Positions 52,164-62,834 of a DNA stretch of 64,000 nucleotides are shown here, piece by piece. The notes below the pieces were generated by a model. It searched no databases. It saw only the letters and a program-made list of their open reading frames with translations, and was not told where the DNA came from. Each line of letters starts with the position of its first letter. The first letter of the stretch is position 1. The stretch is from Eledone cirrhosa (taxonomy: Eukaryota), in contig OZ024754.1 of NCBI GenBank assembly GCA_964016885.1, forward strand, positions 14,012,001 to 14,076,000, given 5' to 3'. Both the position numbers and the translations under genes were made by a program.

Positions 52164-52340
52164 AATGTATAATAAACAATACAATATAATTACCTCATTA
52201 CCAGAGGTTTCCCGAATAAGACGAATACGAAAAACGCCCTCATTCGTTCATCGGACAAGGCAATTGCCTTGTCCGATGAACGAATGAGGACGTTTTTCGT
52301 ATTCAATGAGGTAATTATATTGTATTGTTTATTATACATT
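52164..52340. repeat. Fold-back element with a perfect palindromic centre
   Basis: Centre GGACAAGGCAATTGCCTTGTCC; the right arm has an internal deletion. Confidence 0.92.
52193..52260 (-). ncRNA. Hammerhead-like motif with variant core CCGAUGA
   Basis: CCUUGU-CCGAUGA-aCGAAUGAGGGCG...CGUCUUAUUCGg-GAAA-CC(ucu)GG-UA-AUGAGG. Confidence 0.6.
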
Positions 52341-52869
52341 CTATATATATAAATATATATATATAAGTAGTTATATATATATATATATGTAGTTATATAT
52401 ATATATATGGTGCCACGGCAAAAAAGCACCCAGCACTCACTATAAATGAGGTTGGTGTTAGGAAGGGCATCCAGCTGTAGAAATCAAGCCAGAATCAGTT
52501 CCCGTCCCACCCTTGCAAGCAGGGAAAAAGCGGACGTAAAATGAAATGATGATATATATAAGTAGTTATATACATATATATTGTCCCACCCTTGCAAGCA
52601 AGGAAAAGCGGATGTAAAATGATGATGATGATTGTATAATGAAAGACATTTGATATTCACTAAGAGGGTTTGTATGAGATTCTACATTATATTCTCTGTA
52701 GATATTCAGTTTTAATATCATCATCATATATATATATGTAAGTAGTTATATATATATATATATATATATATAGATTTTGAGTTTATGTTGGTTGTATACC
52801 AACACCTCAGTATGCAGGCTGGAGCACTCGACGAAGTGCGCAGGTTGGTTTGGTTACTCCGGAGTAGTG

Positions 52870-53643
52870 TAAAATAAAGTTAAATAAAAGTCAAATGATT
52901 AAAATTTAGCTTCGTTTATTACTGCTATATATATTTCAGTGACAGCCATCTTTGGCTGTGACCTCTTCAGGCAGTTTGAATTAGTATGGTATAGACAAGT
53001 ACATATGTTGTTTAGGTGTATGATATTGTCAATACTCTGATATGCCCAGTTCCTTGTTGGGTTGTTAATTCACTGGGGAACTGGAGTCATACTTCTAAAT
53101 TGTTAGCAGCAGCAAGATATAAGCTGACCACTACAACAACAACAGTACCAAAATAATGGTGGAGGTCAAATGTACTGAACAATAGCAGGCATAAACACTA
53201 CAGGGAGCCTCACCCCAGAAAGAATTCTATAGACTTCTGACTGAGGAATGCTCTCAGAACTGAACAATGGGAAATTTGACACATTTTTTGATATTTTGTT
53301 CCTTCAACACCTTGTCCCTTCTACCATTTTATCAATTTTTAAGCTAACTCCAACAATGACAACACTAATAACTGACCAATGAGAGGAGAAGGAGACCTGT
53401 GACACTAAAATTCGTTTGTTTGAATTCATATGACTCCAGTTCCCCAGTGAATTAACAACCCAACAAGGAACTGGGCATATCAGAGTATTGACAATATCAT
53501 ACACCTAAACAACATATGTACTTGTCTATACCATACTAATTCAAACTGCCTGAAGAGGTCACAGCCAAAGATGGCTGTCACTGAAATATATATAGCAGTA
53601 ATAAACGAAGCTAAATTTTAATCATTTGACTTTTATTTAACTT

Positions 53644-53650
<7 letters not shown>
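52870..53650. mobile_element. Fold-back Penelope-like remnant: 222-bp inverted arms, about 340-bp spacer
   Basis: 52870-53091 is the reverse complement of 53429-53650; each arm holds a hammerhead; (TA)n at the right end. Confidence 0.85.
53545..53599 (+). ncRNA. Type I hammerhead motif; exact mirror copy at 52921-52975 (-)
   Basis: ACUGC-CUGAAGA-GGUCACAGCCA(aaga)UGGCUGUCACU-GAAA-UAUAUA-UA-GCAGU, then AATAAA. Confidence 0.8.
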
Positions 53651-53686
<36 letters not shown>

Positions 53687-53739
53687 GAAATGACAGGAGG
53701 TCAAATATGTTTAATTTCCTTAATTTTTTATTTCTGTAA

Positions 53740-53797
53740 ACACAATGCACATTTCAGTGACCAGGTTGCATAAGAACCCGGTGACCTCATCAGGTGT
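53740..53797 (-). ncRNA. Type I hammerhead motif
   Basis: ACAC-CUGAUGA-GGUCACCGGGUU(cuuaugc)AACCUGGUCACU-GAAA-UG(ug)CA-UU-GUGU, then AATAAA. Confidence 0.78.
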
Positions 53798-53935
53798 AAA
53801 TTGCGTAATAGATGTATACCAACAGAATGATGGTAAACTTTAAGGAAACAAGCAAAGAAAAACAAAGAGGAAAAAATGTGCTATGCTTTTGACTCAGGGA
53901 CGGACGTAGTAGCATGCTGCTACATTGCTCGCCTG

Positions 53936-54017
<82 letters not shown>

Positions 54018-54221
54018 CATATATTCATATATTCCTTATGGTCATGAATCTTGCTGATTCTCAGCCAATGTGGTCAGCATGCAAGAGTTTTAGTGAGAAA
54101 AAACAATTGAAGCTAATAACAAATGTTTTGATAATCCAATACAGAGAAAGCAGGCTTTGCTAAACATCAATTTTTTAACATCAATTTTTGTACATGTTAT
54201 AAAGATCATTTATATATATAA

Positions 54222-54562
54222 CATGGCTTAGTGGTTAGAGCATTGGCCTTGCAATCGAAAGGTTATGAGTTCAATTCTCAGACCAAGTGATGTGTTGTTT
54301 CCTTGAGCAAGACACTTTATTTCACATTGCTCCAGTTTACTCAGCTGTAGAAATGAGATAATAGGGACTGGGGTCCCTATCATTCCACTGCAAAGTGGTC
54401 GTGTAGGCGCCACGGCAAAAAAGCACCCAGCACTCACTGTAAAAGAGGTTGGTGTTAGGAAGGGCATCCAGCTGTAGAAATCAAGCCAGAATCAGTTCCC
54501 GTCCCACCCTTGCAAGCAGGGAAAAAGTGGCCGTAAAATGAAATGATGAAATGATGATGAAT
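54222..54562 (+). mobile_element. SINE-A (5'-truncated copy also at 52409-52550)
   Basis: Near full-length copy. Confidence 0.88.
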
Positions 54563-54825
54563 GATACCAGGTGTGCTGTATAAACCTTTTTAAAAAATGA
54601 TTTTCTCTCTATATATATATCATCATCATCATCATCATCATTTTACATCTGCTTTTCCCTGCTTACAAAGGTGGGACAGGAACTGATTATATATATATAT
54701 ATGGAGAGGAAGATGAGTATGAGAATGTGATGGTAAGTTTATGTGATTATGTGTGAGAGAGGGGCAAAAGAGAGGGTGAGGAGGAATTGGTTGGGGGAAT
54801 GTAGAAGAAGAAAGTGAAGTTTTAC

Positions 54826-54948
54826 CTGACATAATGCATATTTTGAGACTGTGTAGTTCTTATGGACGTTGTAGAGGACTCCTTGCACACGGATCGATCC
54901 AAAATTTACAGAACTATTTACTTGAGGTAAATGTTGCACATAACCAGG
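54826..54948 (-). CDS. RPTP-like D1 exon
   Basis: cttcag| PGYVQHLPQVNSSVNFGSIRVQGVLYNVHKNYTVSKYALCQ |gtaaaa; phase 0-0, degenerate KCxxYWP region. Confidence 0.88.
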
Positions 54949-55737
54949 CTGAAGAAATTACAAATAATATTGGATCAGTGCTGGACTTACCTATAAGCTA
55001 AATATATAATGGTTTCTAGTATAGGCACAAGGCCAGCAATTTTGGGGGAGGGGAGAGTCGATTAAATCGACACCAGTATGTTACCGGTACTTCATTTTAT
55101 TGACCCCGTAAGGATGAAAGGCAAAGTCAACCTCGGCGGGATTTGAACTCAGATCGTAAAGGGACGTAACTATGCTGGAAAGCATGGCATCCGACCCTCT
55201 ACCGATACTGCCAAAATAATATTGGATCAGTGCTGGACTTACCTATAAGCTAAGTTATAGCTTAGGGCTATACACCTTCAGGGGCCTCATTTAAAAAAAT
55301 ATATTTTTATTTTTCTATCGACCCTGGAAGGATGAAAGACAAAGTTGACATCAGCGGGATTTAAACTTAGAATATAAAATGGCAGTACAATGGCATTTTA
55401 TCTGATACTTGACCAATTCTGCCAATCCAGCACCCTCAAATATTAATTTTTAATTTAGACACCAGGCCAGCAAATTCAGTGAAGGGCAAAGTTGATTAAA
55501 TCAACTCCAATACATAACTGGTACTTTATTTTATCAACCTCAGAAAGCTGAAAGGCAATGTTGACCTCAATGGGATTTGAACTCAGAACATAAGGAGTCA
55601 TAAGAAATGCTCTAGCTGTGGTGCCAACCAAACCCCTACTCTGCACACCCCTCCACATGGGATTAATAATCTCTAATTTAGGCAAAAGGCCTTCAAATTT
55701 GAGGAGAGGGGAAACATTTATTTTATTTTATTTACCC

Positions 55738-55809
55738 ACAACGACAACAACAACGACAACAACAACAACAACAACAACAACCACAACAACAACAACAACA
55801 ACAACAACA

Positions 55810-55840
<31 letters not shown>

Positions 55841-56238
55841 CAACAACAACAACAGCAACAACAACAACAAAAAAAAACAACCATAACAACCACAACAACC
55901 ACAACAACCACAACCACCACAACAACAACAACCACAACAACAACAACAACAACAACAACAGCAGAAACAACAACAACAACAACAACAGCAACAACAACAA
56001 AAAACAACAACCACAACCACCACAACAACATCATCAACAACAACAACAACTACAACAACCACCACAACAACATCATCAACAACAACAACAACAACAACAA
56101 CCACAACCACCACAACAACATCATCAACAACAACAGTAACAACTACAACCACAACATCAACAACAACAACAACAACAACCACAACAACAACAACCACCAC
56201 AACAACAGCAACCACAACAACCACAACATCAACAACAT
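55738..56238. repeat. (CAA)n/(CAG)n microsatellite
   Basis: Direct reading. Confidence 0.95.
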
Positions 56239-56281
56239 TTTTAACAACAGTTCACAGATAAAAGTTCCAATATATTTTTAC

Positions 56282-56370
56282 CTGCTTATCATTGGTGAGT
56301 AAAACGATTATGGAACAATTTTGTTGCCATATCATCCTCCAGAAATCAGTCATTGTTTTGGTCATTGGCA
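56282..56370 (-). CDS. Receptor-type PTP-like gene, D1 exon (first in window)
   Basis: ttttag| PMTKTMTDFWRMIWQQNCSIIVLLTNDKQ |gtaaaa; PTP motifs DFWxMxW and IVMLT. Confidence 0.92.
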
Positions 56371-56664
56371 CTAAAAGATTCCATAATAAATATTACAGAT
56401 TATACATCCTTATACCCATATATAGGCATTGAATTGGCAGAGTCATTAGAATGTAATGCTTTGCAGTGTTTCCTCTGGCTCTTTGTTCTATAAGTTCAAA
56501 TTCCACCAAGGCCATCTTTGTCTTTCATTGATTCAAGGTAAAAAAAAAAAAAGTACCAGTCTACTACTGGGGTCGATTCTTCCTCTATATCTCTTTCTCA
56601 CTTCCATTCTCTCATTTTCTATATCCTTCTCTGGAAGAAATCTGCTGTACTCAGGCCAGGAGAA

Positions 56665-56671
<7 letters not shown>

Positions 56672-56698
<27 letters not shown>

Positions 56699-56950
56699 TT
56701 TACGTCCATTTTTCTCTGCTTGCAAGGGTAGGACGGGTCTTATTCAACACAGCATCTCTCCATTCGTCATGGTCCTTTGTCATCTCCTCCGTGAGCTTCA
56801 GCAATCTGAGGTCAGCTCTCACCACCTCCGCCCATGATTTTCGTGGTCTACCTCTACTGCGTCTTCCTTCTGCTGGGATTTCTTGGCACTTCTTTACCCA
56901 TCGGTCATCCTCCATGCACATCACATGTCCATACCATCGCAGTCTTCTCT
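56672..56950 (-). mobile_element. RTE 3' fragment with (TGA)n tail
   Basis: RRLRWYGHVMCMEDDRWVKKC...GRPRKSW...; last 40 nt match the SINE-A tail. Confidence 0.82.
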
Positions 56951-57746
56951 CCCGCGGCCTGGAGAGAGATGGCCTGACAGATGTAAAAATGCCCTAGAAA
57001 TGCTGTATATCATTACAATGCCTCTATGACTCCCTCACGATTTACAGGATCACACATACACTCATATATCCATCTGTTGATCCATTCATAAACATGTAAC
57101 TCCTGCTGGAGTCTTAGAGCATACCATTTCGAAATACAGAGTACCTGAGACATTTTAAACCTGGCAGAGTCCATCCCTTCTCCAGGTCTGAACCCAGTAG
57201 ATTTCTTCCAGAGAAGGGGAAAATGAAGAAAAGAAAGTAAGAAAGAGATAGAGGAAGAACCAACCTCAGTACCTTTTTCTTATTGACCTCAGACCTCAAA
57301 AGGATAAAAGGGAAAGTGGACCTCGGTGGAATTTGAATTCAGAGCACAGAGAGCTAAAATGAACACTGGGAAGTATTCTACCTGATCTTCTTATGACACT
57401 GCCAATTTAATTGTTTCTACTTTTGGCACAAGGCCAGCAATTACCCAGTGCATTACTGGTACTTTATTTTATCGACCCCTTAAGGATGAAAGGCAAATTT
57501 AACCTCGGTGGGATTTGAACTCAGAATGGCAAGGGCCATAACTCTATGAGTTCAAATCTCGCCGAGGACACTGCCAATTTAATGCCAGCAGCACATCATC
57601 ATTGTTTAGCGTCCATTTTCCATGCTAACACATACATCCATGCATATAAATACAGAGTTTAGGGATTGTAACATCAAGTTATTGTAGTTTAACCAAAGTA
57701 AGCAGTCAATGTGTAGACTCCAGTATGTACTTGGGGTTGTACTAAA

Positions 57747-58032
57747 TCTAAAGTCTGTCTTAAGCCGGCTCATTTGGCTGGTGCTTATCCTGGTTTCATG
57801 ATGTGAAGCGACTGAGAGTACAAGACTTCCCCCCTGGAGAGGCTGCCAGTCCATTGCAGGGTTAAACCCCCACCTATTGCTGGTACTCATTTTCAGCTGA
57901 GTATACTGGAGCAACGTGAAATGAAGTGTTTTGCTCAAGAACACAACATAACAACCCAACCCAGCAATCAAACCCACAACAATATCATTGGAAGTCCAGC
58001 ACCCTTACCACTAGGCCATGTGCTTCCACTTA
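57747..58032 (-). mobile_element. SINE-C (tRNA head, CORE-like middle, different tail) with 12-bp TSD; relatives at 15122 and 39690
   Basis: TGGCCTAGTGG A box; GGTTGTACTAAA duplicated on both flanks. Confidence 0.8.
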
Positions 58033-58213
58033 AGGTTGTACTAAACAGAGTGTAATAATAATAACAATAATAATAAGAAGTCTGATGAGCTTTTGATTCC
58101 AATCGATTGGCTTAATTGAAACAGATCAAACCTTGAGCTGATCAATCGTGAAACGAACATCACACCTCAATAAATGTAATGAAAATTTAACACCTCATCC
58201 ATATTATTATTAT

Positions 58214-58248
<35 letters not shown>

Positions 58249-58257
58249 ATGTGTGTG

Positions 58258-58290
<33 letters not shown>

Positions 58291-58334
58291 TTGTGTGTGT
58301 ATGTGTGCGTGTGTATGTGTGTGTGTGTATTGAT

Positions 58335-60770
58335 TGATAGATATGTTTCTTTTATTTGCCACTAGGGCATCAAAAGTGGGACAAGTACAAAGGGGGGAGT
58401 TTACACAAAAAGGCGTCCTCAATAAGGAGGAGGCAATAACAAAATATAAAAATAAAATAAGATATAACAAAAAATAAAATTTTTAACAAAATCCTCAATA
58501 GAGAGGAGGCGCCTTGGGGGGTCGCACACACCCCCGAAAAAAGTGTGCAACCCTTCTCCTCAGGAGCACAGAGAAGGGGTGCTCCCTTGGTCTTTCATCT
58601 TCCTCACCTATAGTCTGATGTAGAGTGAAGGCCCATTCACACGGGCCATTCTCGCCACTTTCACCCATCTTTCATAGAAACGGCTGGGGTGCAGCACCTC
58701 TCTCTCCATCCTGATCCTTCTTCCGAAATGATATCGGAAGAAACGGACCAGTTGTTGGCCAGAGAGAAAGGTGCCTGACCTCAGTCCTTTCAGACGCGTC
58801 CACCATACAACCTCTTTCGCCATGGCCATTACGCACAGAAACACCGCCTCTGCTTCATCTTTGAAGGGGGGAGGCGGCTTGATCATTACAATAGACTCGG
58901 TGGTCAACCGGATCGGTCCCACTCTTGACAGCAGTTGTTCGACATAGCCCCACAGATCGGCTACGCCCGAGCAGTGTACCAATGCGTGTGCAACGGTTTC
59001 CTCGTCGCACACGCATCTGGGACAGATCTTTTTGGCGGGGTCCCTACCCGGGCGCCCGTGTCTGTAGAGCCTTTCTCGAACGGGTAAAGCCCCTCGGTAG
59101 CACTGCCAGGCCAGGGACTTCTGGAAGTTGTCCATAGGTCCCGGGCTGAATGTCCTACCGAAAAGGCTGGCCAGTTCGTCCTCCTCCATGTCTAGGGCTT
59201 CTCCGAGGGCGTCGTCGCACCTGCTGCGTACCAGCCCTCTATAGAATGTTGCGGTGGAGTCTCCACTGATAACCGGATCCGCCTGCCAGAGGGCGGTGAG
59301 CGCCTGGGCACACTCAGTGTGCCAGGAGCCCAGTTTTCTCGGTCTTTGCTTGACCCAGGATTGCAGCTCGGTGAGTGAGACGAGTCTGGGAAAGGTTCGT
59401 CTCACAAACGAGGCCCACACCGGTTGTCCGGTGAGGAATACGTAGAGGTGCGTAGCCTTAATGCGTGTTTACGCATCATTAGCCACGGCATCCCCAGCCC
59501 TCCTTTCGAAGGGTGTTGACAGCAGATGGATCTCCTCACCATAGGAGCCCGCCTCTTCCAAAGGAATTGGAAGAGCGCGCCTCCATCTTGGCGAGGGTTT
59601 CCCTTGGGCAGGGCACTACGGTCAGGCGGTAGTAGATGACGGACGCTATATAGGTGTTCGCCACCTCCGCCCGACCTTTCAGGGATAGTTTGCAACTGGC
59701 CCACTTCTGGGTCAGTGCAAACACCCTGTTCGTAACCTCCGCCCAGTTTTTCTCCACCTGGAGGTCCGGTCCGAACCAGACCCCGAGCAACTTCACCGGG
59801 CCCTCCGTCCAGCGTCCGACGACGCCATCGGAGGGCATCGGTCTGCCCCTCCACGTGCCGAGTTGCAAACCGATCGACTTGTCCCGGTTCAGCTTAGCCC
59901 CTGTGAACTTTTCGTACTCCTCCAGTAAGGTGCCGACCGCCTCGATTTCGGAGGCCGTCGACACCATTACTGTCACGTCATCGGCGTAGGCCGACACCGC
60001 TTTCCGCAATCCCGGTTCCAAAGGGATGCCCTGCAACAACTCCAACTTCCGCAGTAGTGGCTCGAGAGTCAACACATACAGAAGGGAGGAGAGAGGGCAC
60101 CCTTGTCGGATGGACCGCGCGATTTTGAACGGCTCCGAGAGATAGCCGTTCACCTTGACCCTAGAGCAGATGCGGCTGCTGTGCATAGCAGTGATCCAGC
60201 CCCTGAAAACGGGTCCGAAGCTTGCCGCCGCTAGCACCGCATCCAGGTAACCATGGTCGACCCTATCGAACGCCCTAGATTGATCCAAGTTGATCAGAGC
60301 CCCACCAAAGCCGGGTTCGTTCCCAACCCTCTCTATGATGTATCGCATGAGGTGGAGGTTGTCATGGATGGACCTGGACGGGATAGCGCATGTCTGCGCA
60401 TCTCCCACCAGGTTGCCCACGACAAGCGCCAACCTCTTTGCTAGCACCTTGGCCAAAATCTGTAACTCTGTATTTAGCAGTGTTATGGGCCTGAAGTTAC
60501 TTATTTCGTCCCCCTTGTTCTCGTCCTTCCTCACTAGCGTGACTACGCCCTTGGTCACAGTACAGGGAATTCTCCCGTTCTGTTGCCAGTTGCAGTAGAC
60601 CGCCTCGAGGAGATCGGGGAACAAGTCCGGCATAGCTAGATATAATTCGTAAGGAAGACCATCGAGACCCGGGGATTTGCGTTTGCCGCATTGGCTCAGC
60701 ACGTCCTCTATCTCAGCGGCCGAAATCGGCTCCTCGCAGGACTTCGCCTCCCTGTCCGAGAGGCGCGGCG
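58335..60770 (-). mobile_element. 5'-truncated Tx1/L1-clade LINE (RT, CCHC knuckle, 3'UTR) with frameshifts
   Basis: KSPGLDG, NFRPITLLN, DQSRAFDRV, QGCPLS, AYADD, CPRC-x7-H-x4-C; ORF split into three frames. Confidence 0.93.
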
Positions 60771-62834
60771 GTGGGTAGGTAGGTAGGTAGGTAGGTAGGT
60801 AGGTAGGTAGGTAGGTGGGTAGGTAGGTAGGTAGGTTTGTAGGTAGGTAGGTAGGTAAGTAGGTAGGTAGGTGGGTAGGTAGGTAGGTAGGTAGGTAGGT
60901 AGGTAGGTAGGGAGGGAGGTAGGTAGGTAAGTAGGTAGGTAGGTGGGTAGGTAGGTAGATAGGTAGGGAGGTAGGTAGGTAGGGAGGGAGGTAGGTAGGT
61001 AAGTAGGTAGGTAGGTGGTAGGTAAGTAGGTAGGTAGGTGGGTAGGTAGGTAGGTAGGTAGGTAGGTAGCAGGGTAGGTAGGTAGGTAGGTAGGTAGGTA
61101 GGGAGGTAGGTAGGTAGGTAGGTAGGGAGGTAGGTAGGTAAGTAGGTAGGTAGGTGGGTAGGTAGGTAGGTAGGTAGGTAGGGAGGGAGGTAGGTAGGTA
61201 AGTAGGTAGGTAGGTGGGTAGGTAGGTAGATAGGTAGGGAGGTAGGTAGGTAGGTAGGTAGGGAGGGAGGTAGGTAGGTAAGTAGGTAGGTAGATGGTAG
61301 GTAAGTAGGTAGGTAGGTGGGTAGGTAGGTAGGTAGGTAGGTAGGTAGCAGGGTAGGTAGGTAGGTAGGTAGGTAGGGAGGTAGGTAGGTAGGTAGGTAG
61401 GTAAGTAGGTAGGTAGGTGGGTAGGTAGGTAGGTAGGTAGGGAGGTAGGTAGGTAGGTGGGTAGGTAGGTAGGGAGATAGGTAGGTAGGTGGGTAGGTAG
61501 GGAGGTAGGTAGGTAGGTAGGTAGGTAGGTAGGTAAGTAGGTAGGTAGGTGGTAGGTAGGGAGGTAGGTAGGTGGGTAGGTAGGGAGGTAGGTAGGTAGG
61601 TAGGTAGGTATGTAGGTAGGTAGGTAGGTAGCTAGGTAGGTAGGTAGGTAGGTAGATAGGTAGGTGGGTAGGTAGGTAGGTAGGTAGGTAGGTAGGTAGG
61701 TAGGTAGGTGGGTAGGTAGGTAGGTAGGTAGGTAGGTAGGTGGGTAGGTAGGTAGGTAGGTAGGTAGGTAGGTAGGTAGGTGGTAGGTAAGTAGGTAGGT
61801 AGGTGGGTAGGTAGGTAGGTAGGTAGGGAGGTAGGTAGGTAGGTGGGTAGGTAGGTAGGGAGATAGGTAGGTAGGTGGGTAGGTAGGGAGGTAGGTAGGT
61901 AGGTAGGTAGGTAGGTAGGTAGGTAGGTAAGTAGGTAGGTAGGTGGTAGGTAGGGAGGTAGGTAGGTGGGTAGGTAGGGAGGTAGGTAGGTAGGTAGGTA
62001 GGTAGGTAGGTATGTAGGTAGGTAGGTAGGTAGCTAGGTAGGTAGGTAGGTAGGTAGATAGGTAGGTGGGTAGGTAGGTAGGTAGGTAGGTAGGTAGGTA
62101 GGTGGGTAGGTAGGTAGGTAGGTAGGTAGGTAGGTAGGTGGGTAGGTAGGTAGGTAGGTAGGTAGGTAGGTAGGTAGGTAGGTAGGTGGGTAGGTAGGTA
62201 GGTAGGTAGGTAGGTAGGTAGGTAGGTAGGTGGTAGGTAAGTAGGTAGGTAGGTGGGTAGGTAGGTAGGTAAGTAGATAGGTAATTGGGTAGGTAGGTAG
62301 GTAGGTAGGTAGGTAGGTGGGTAGGTAGGTAGCTAGGGAGGTAGGGAGGTAGGTAGGTAAGTAGATAGGTAGGTGGGTAGGTAGGTAGGTAGGGAGGTAA
62401 ATAGGTAGGTAGGTAGGTAGGTAAGTAGGTAGGTACGTGGGTAGGTAGGTAGGTAGGTAGGTAGGTTGGTAGGTAGGTAAGTAGATAGGTAGGTGGGTAG
62501 GTAGGTAGGTAGGTAGGTAGGTAGGTAGGTAGGTAGGTAGGTAGGTAGGTAGGTAAGTAGATAGGTAGGTGGGTAGGTAGGGAGGTAGGGAGGTAGGTAG
62601 GTAGGTAGGTAGGTAAGTAGATAGGTAGGTGGGTAGGTAGGTAGGTAGGTAGGTTGGTAGGTAGGTAAGTAGATAGGTAGGTGGGTAGGTAGGTGGGTAG
62701 GTAGTTAGGTAGGTAGGTAGGTAGGTAGGTAAGTAGGTAGGTAGGTGGGTAGGTAGGTAGGGAGGTAGGTAGGTAGGTAAGTAGATAGGTAAGTAGGTAG
62801 GTAGGTTTGTAGGTAGGTAGGTAGGTAAGTAGAT
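60771..62834. repeat. 2-kb (GGTA)n satellite between two Tx1-like copies
   Basis: Direct reading; variant blocks recur at roughly 390-400 bp spacing. Confidence 0.96.

Noticed and set aside
53092-53460. Possible GIY-YIG C-terminus (REEKE...P.xIN) in the fold-back spacer
   Set aside because: Requires several assumed stops and frameshifts; too weak without a profile search.
55618-56224. Poly-Thr/Gln/Asn and poly-Cys/Val ORFs
   Set aside because: (CAA)n microsatellite in a PTP intron.
60771-62834. Telomere-like G-rich array
   Set aside because: The unit is GGTA, not TTAGGG or TTAGG, and it is interstitial between LINE copies.
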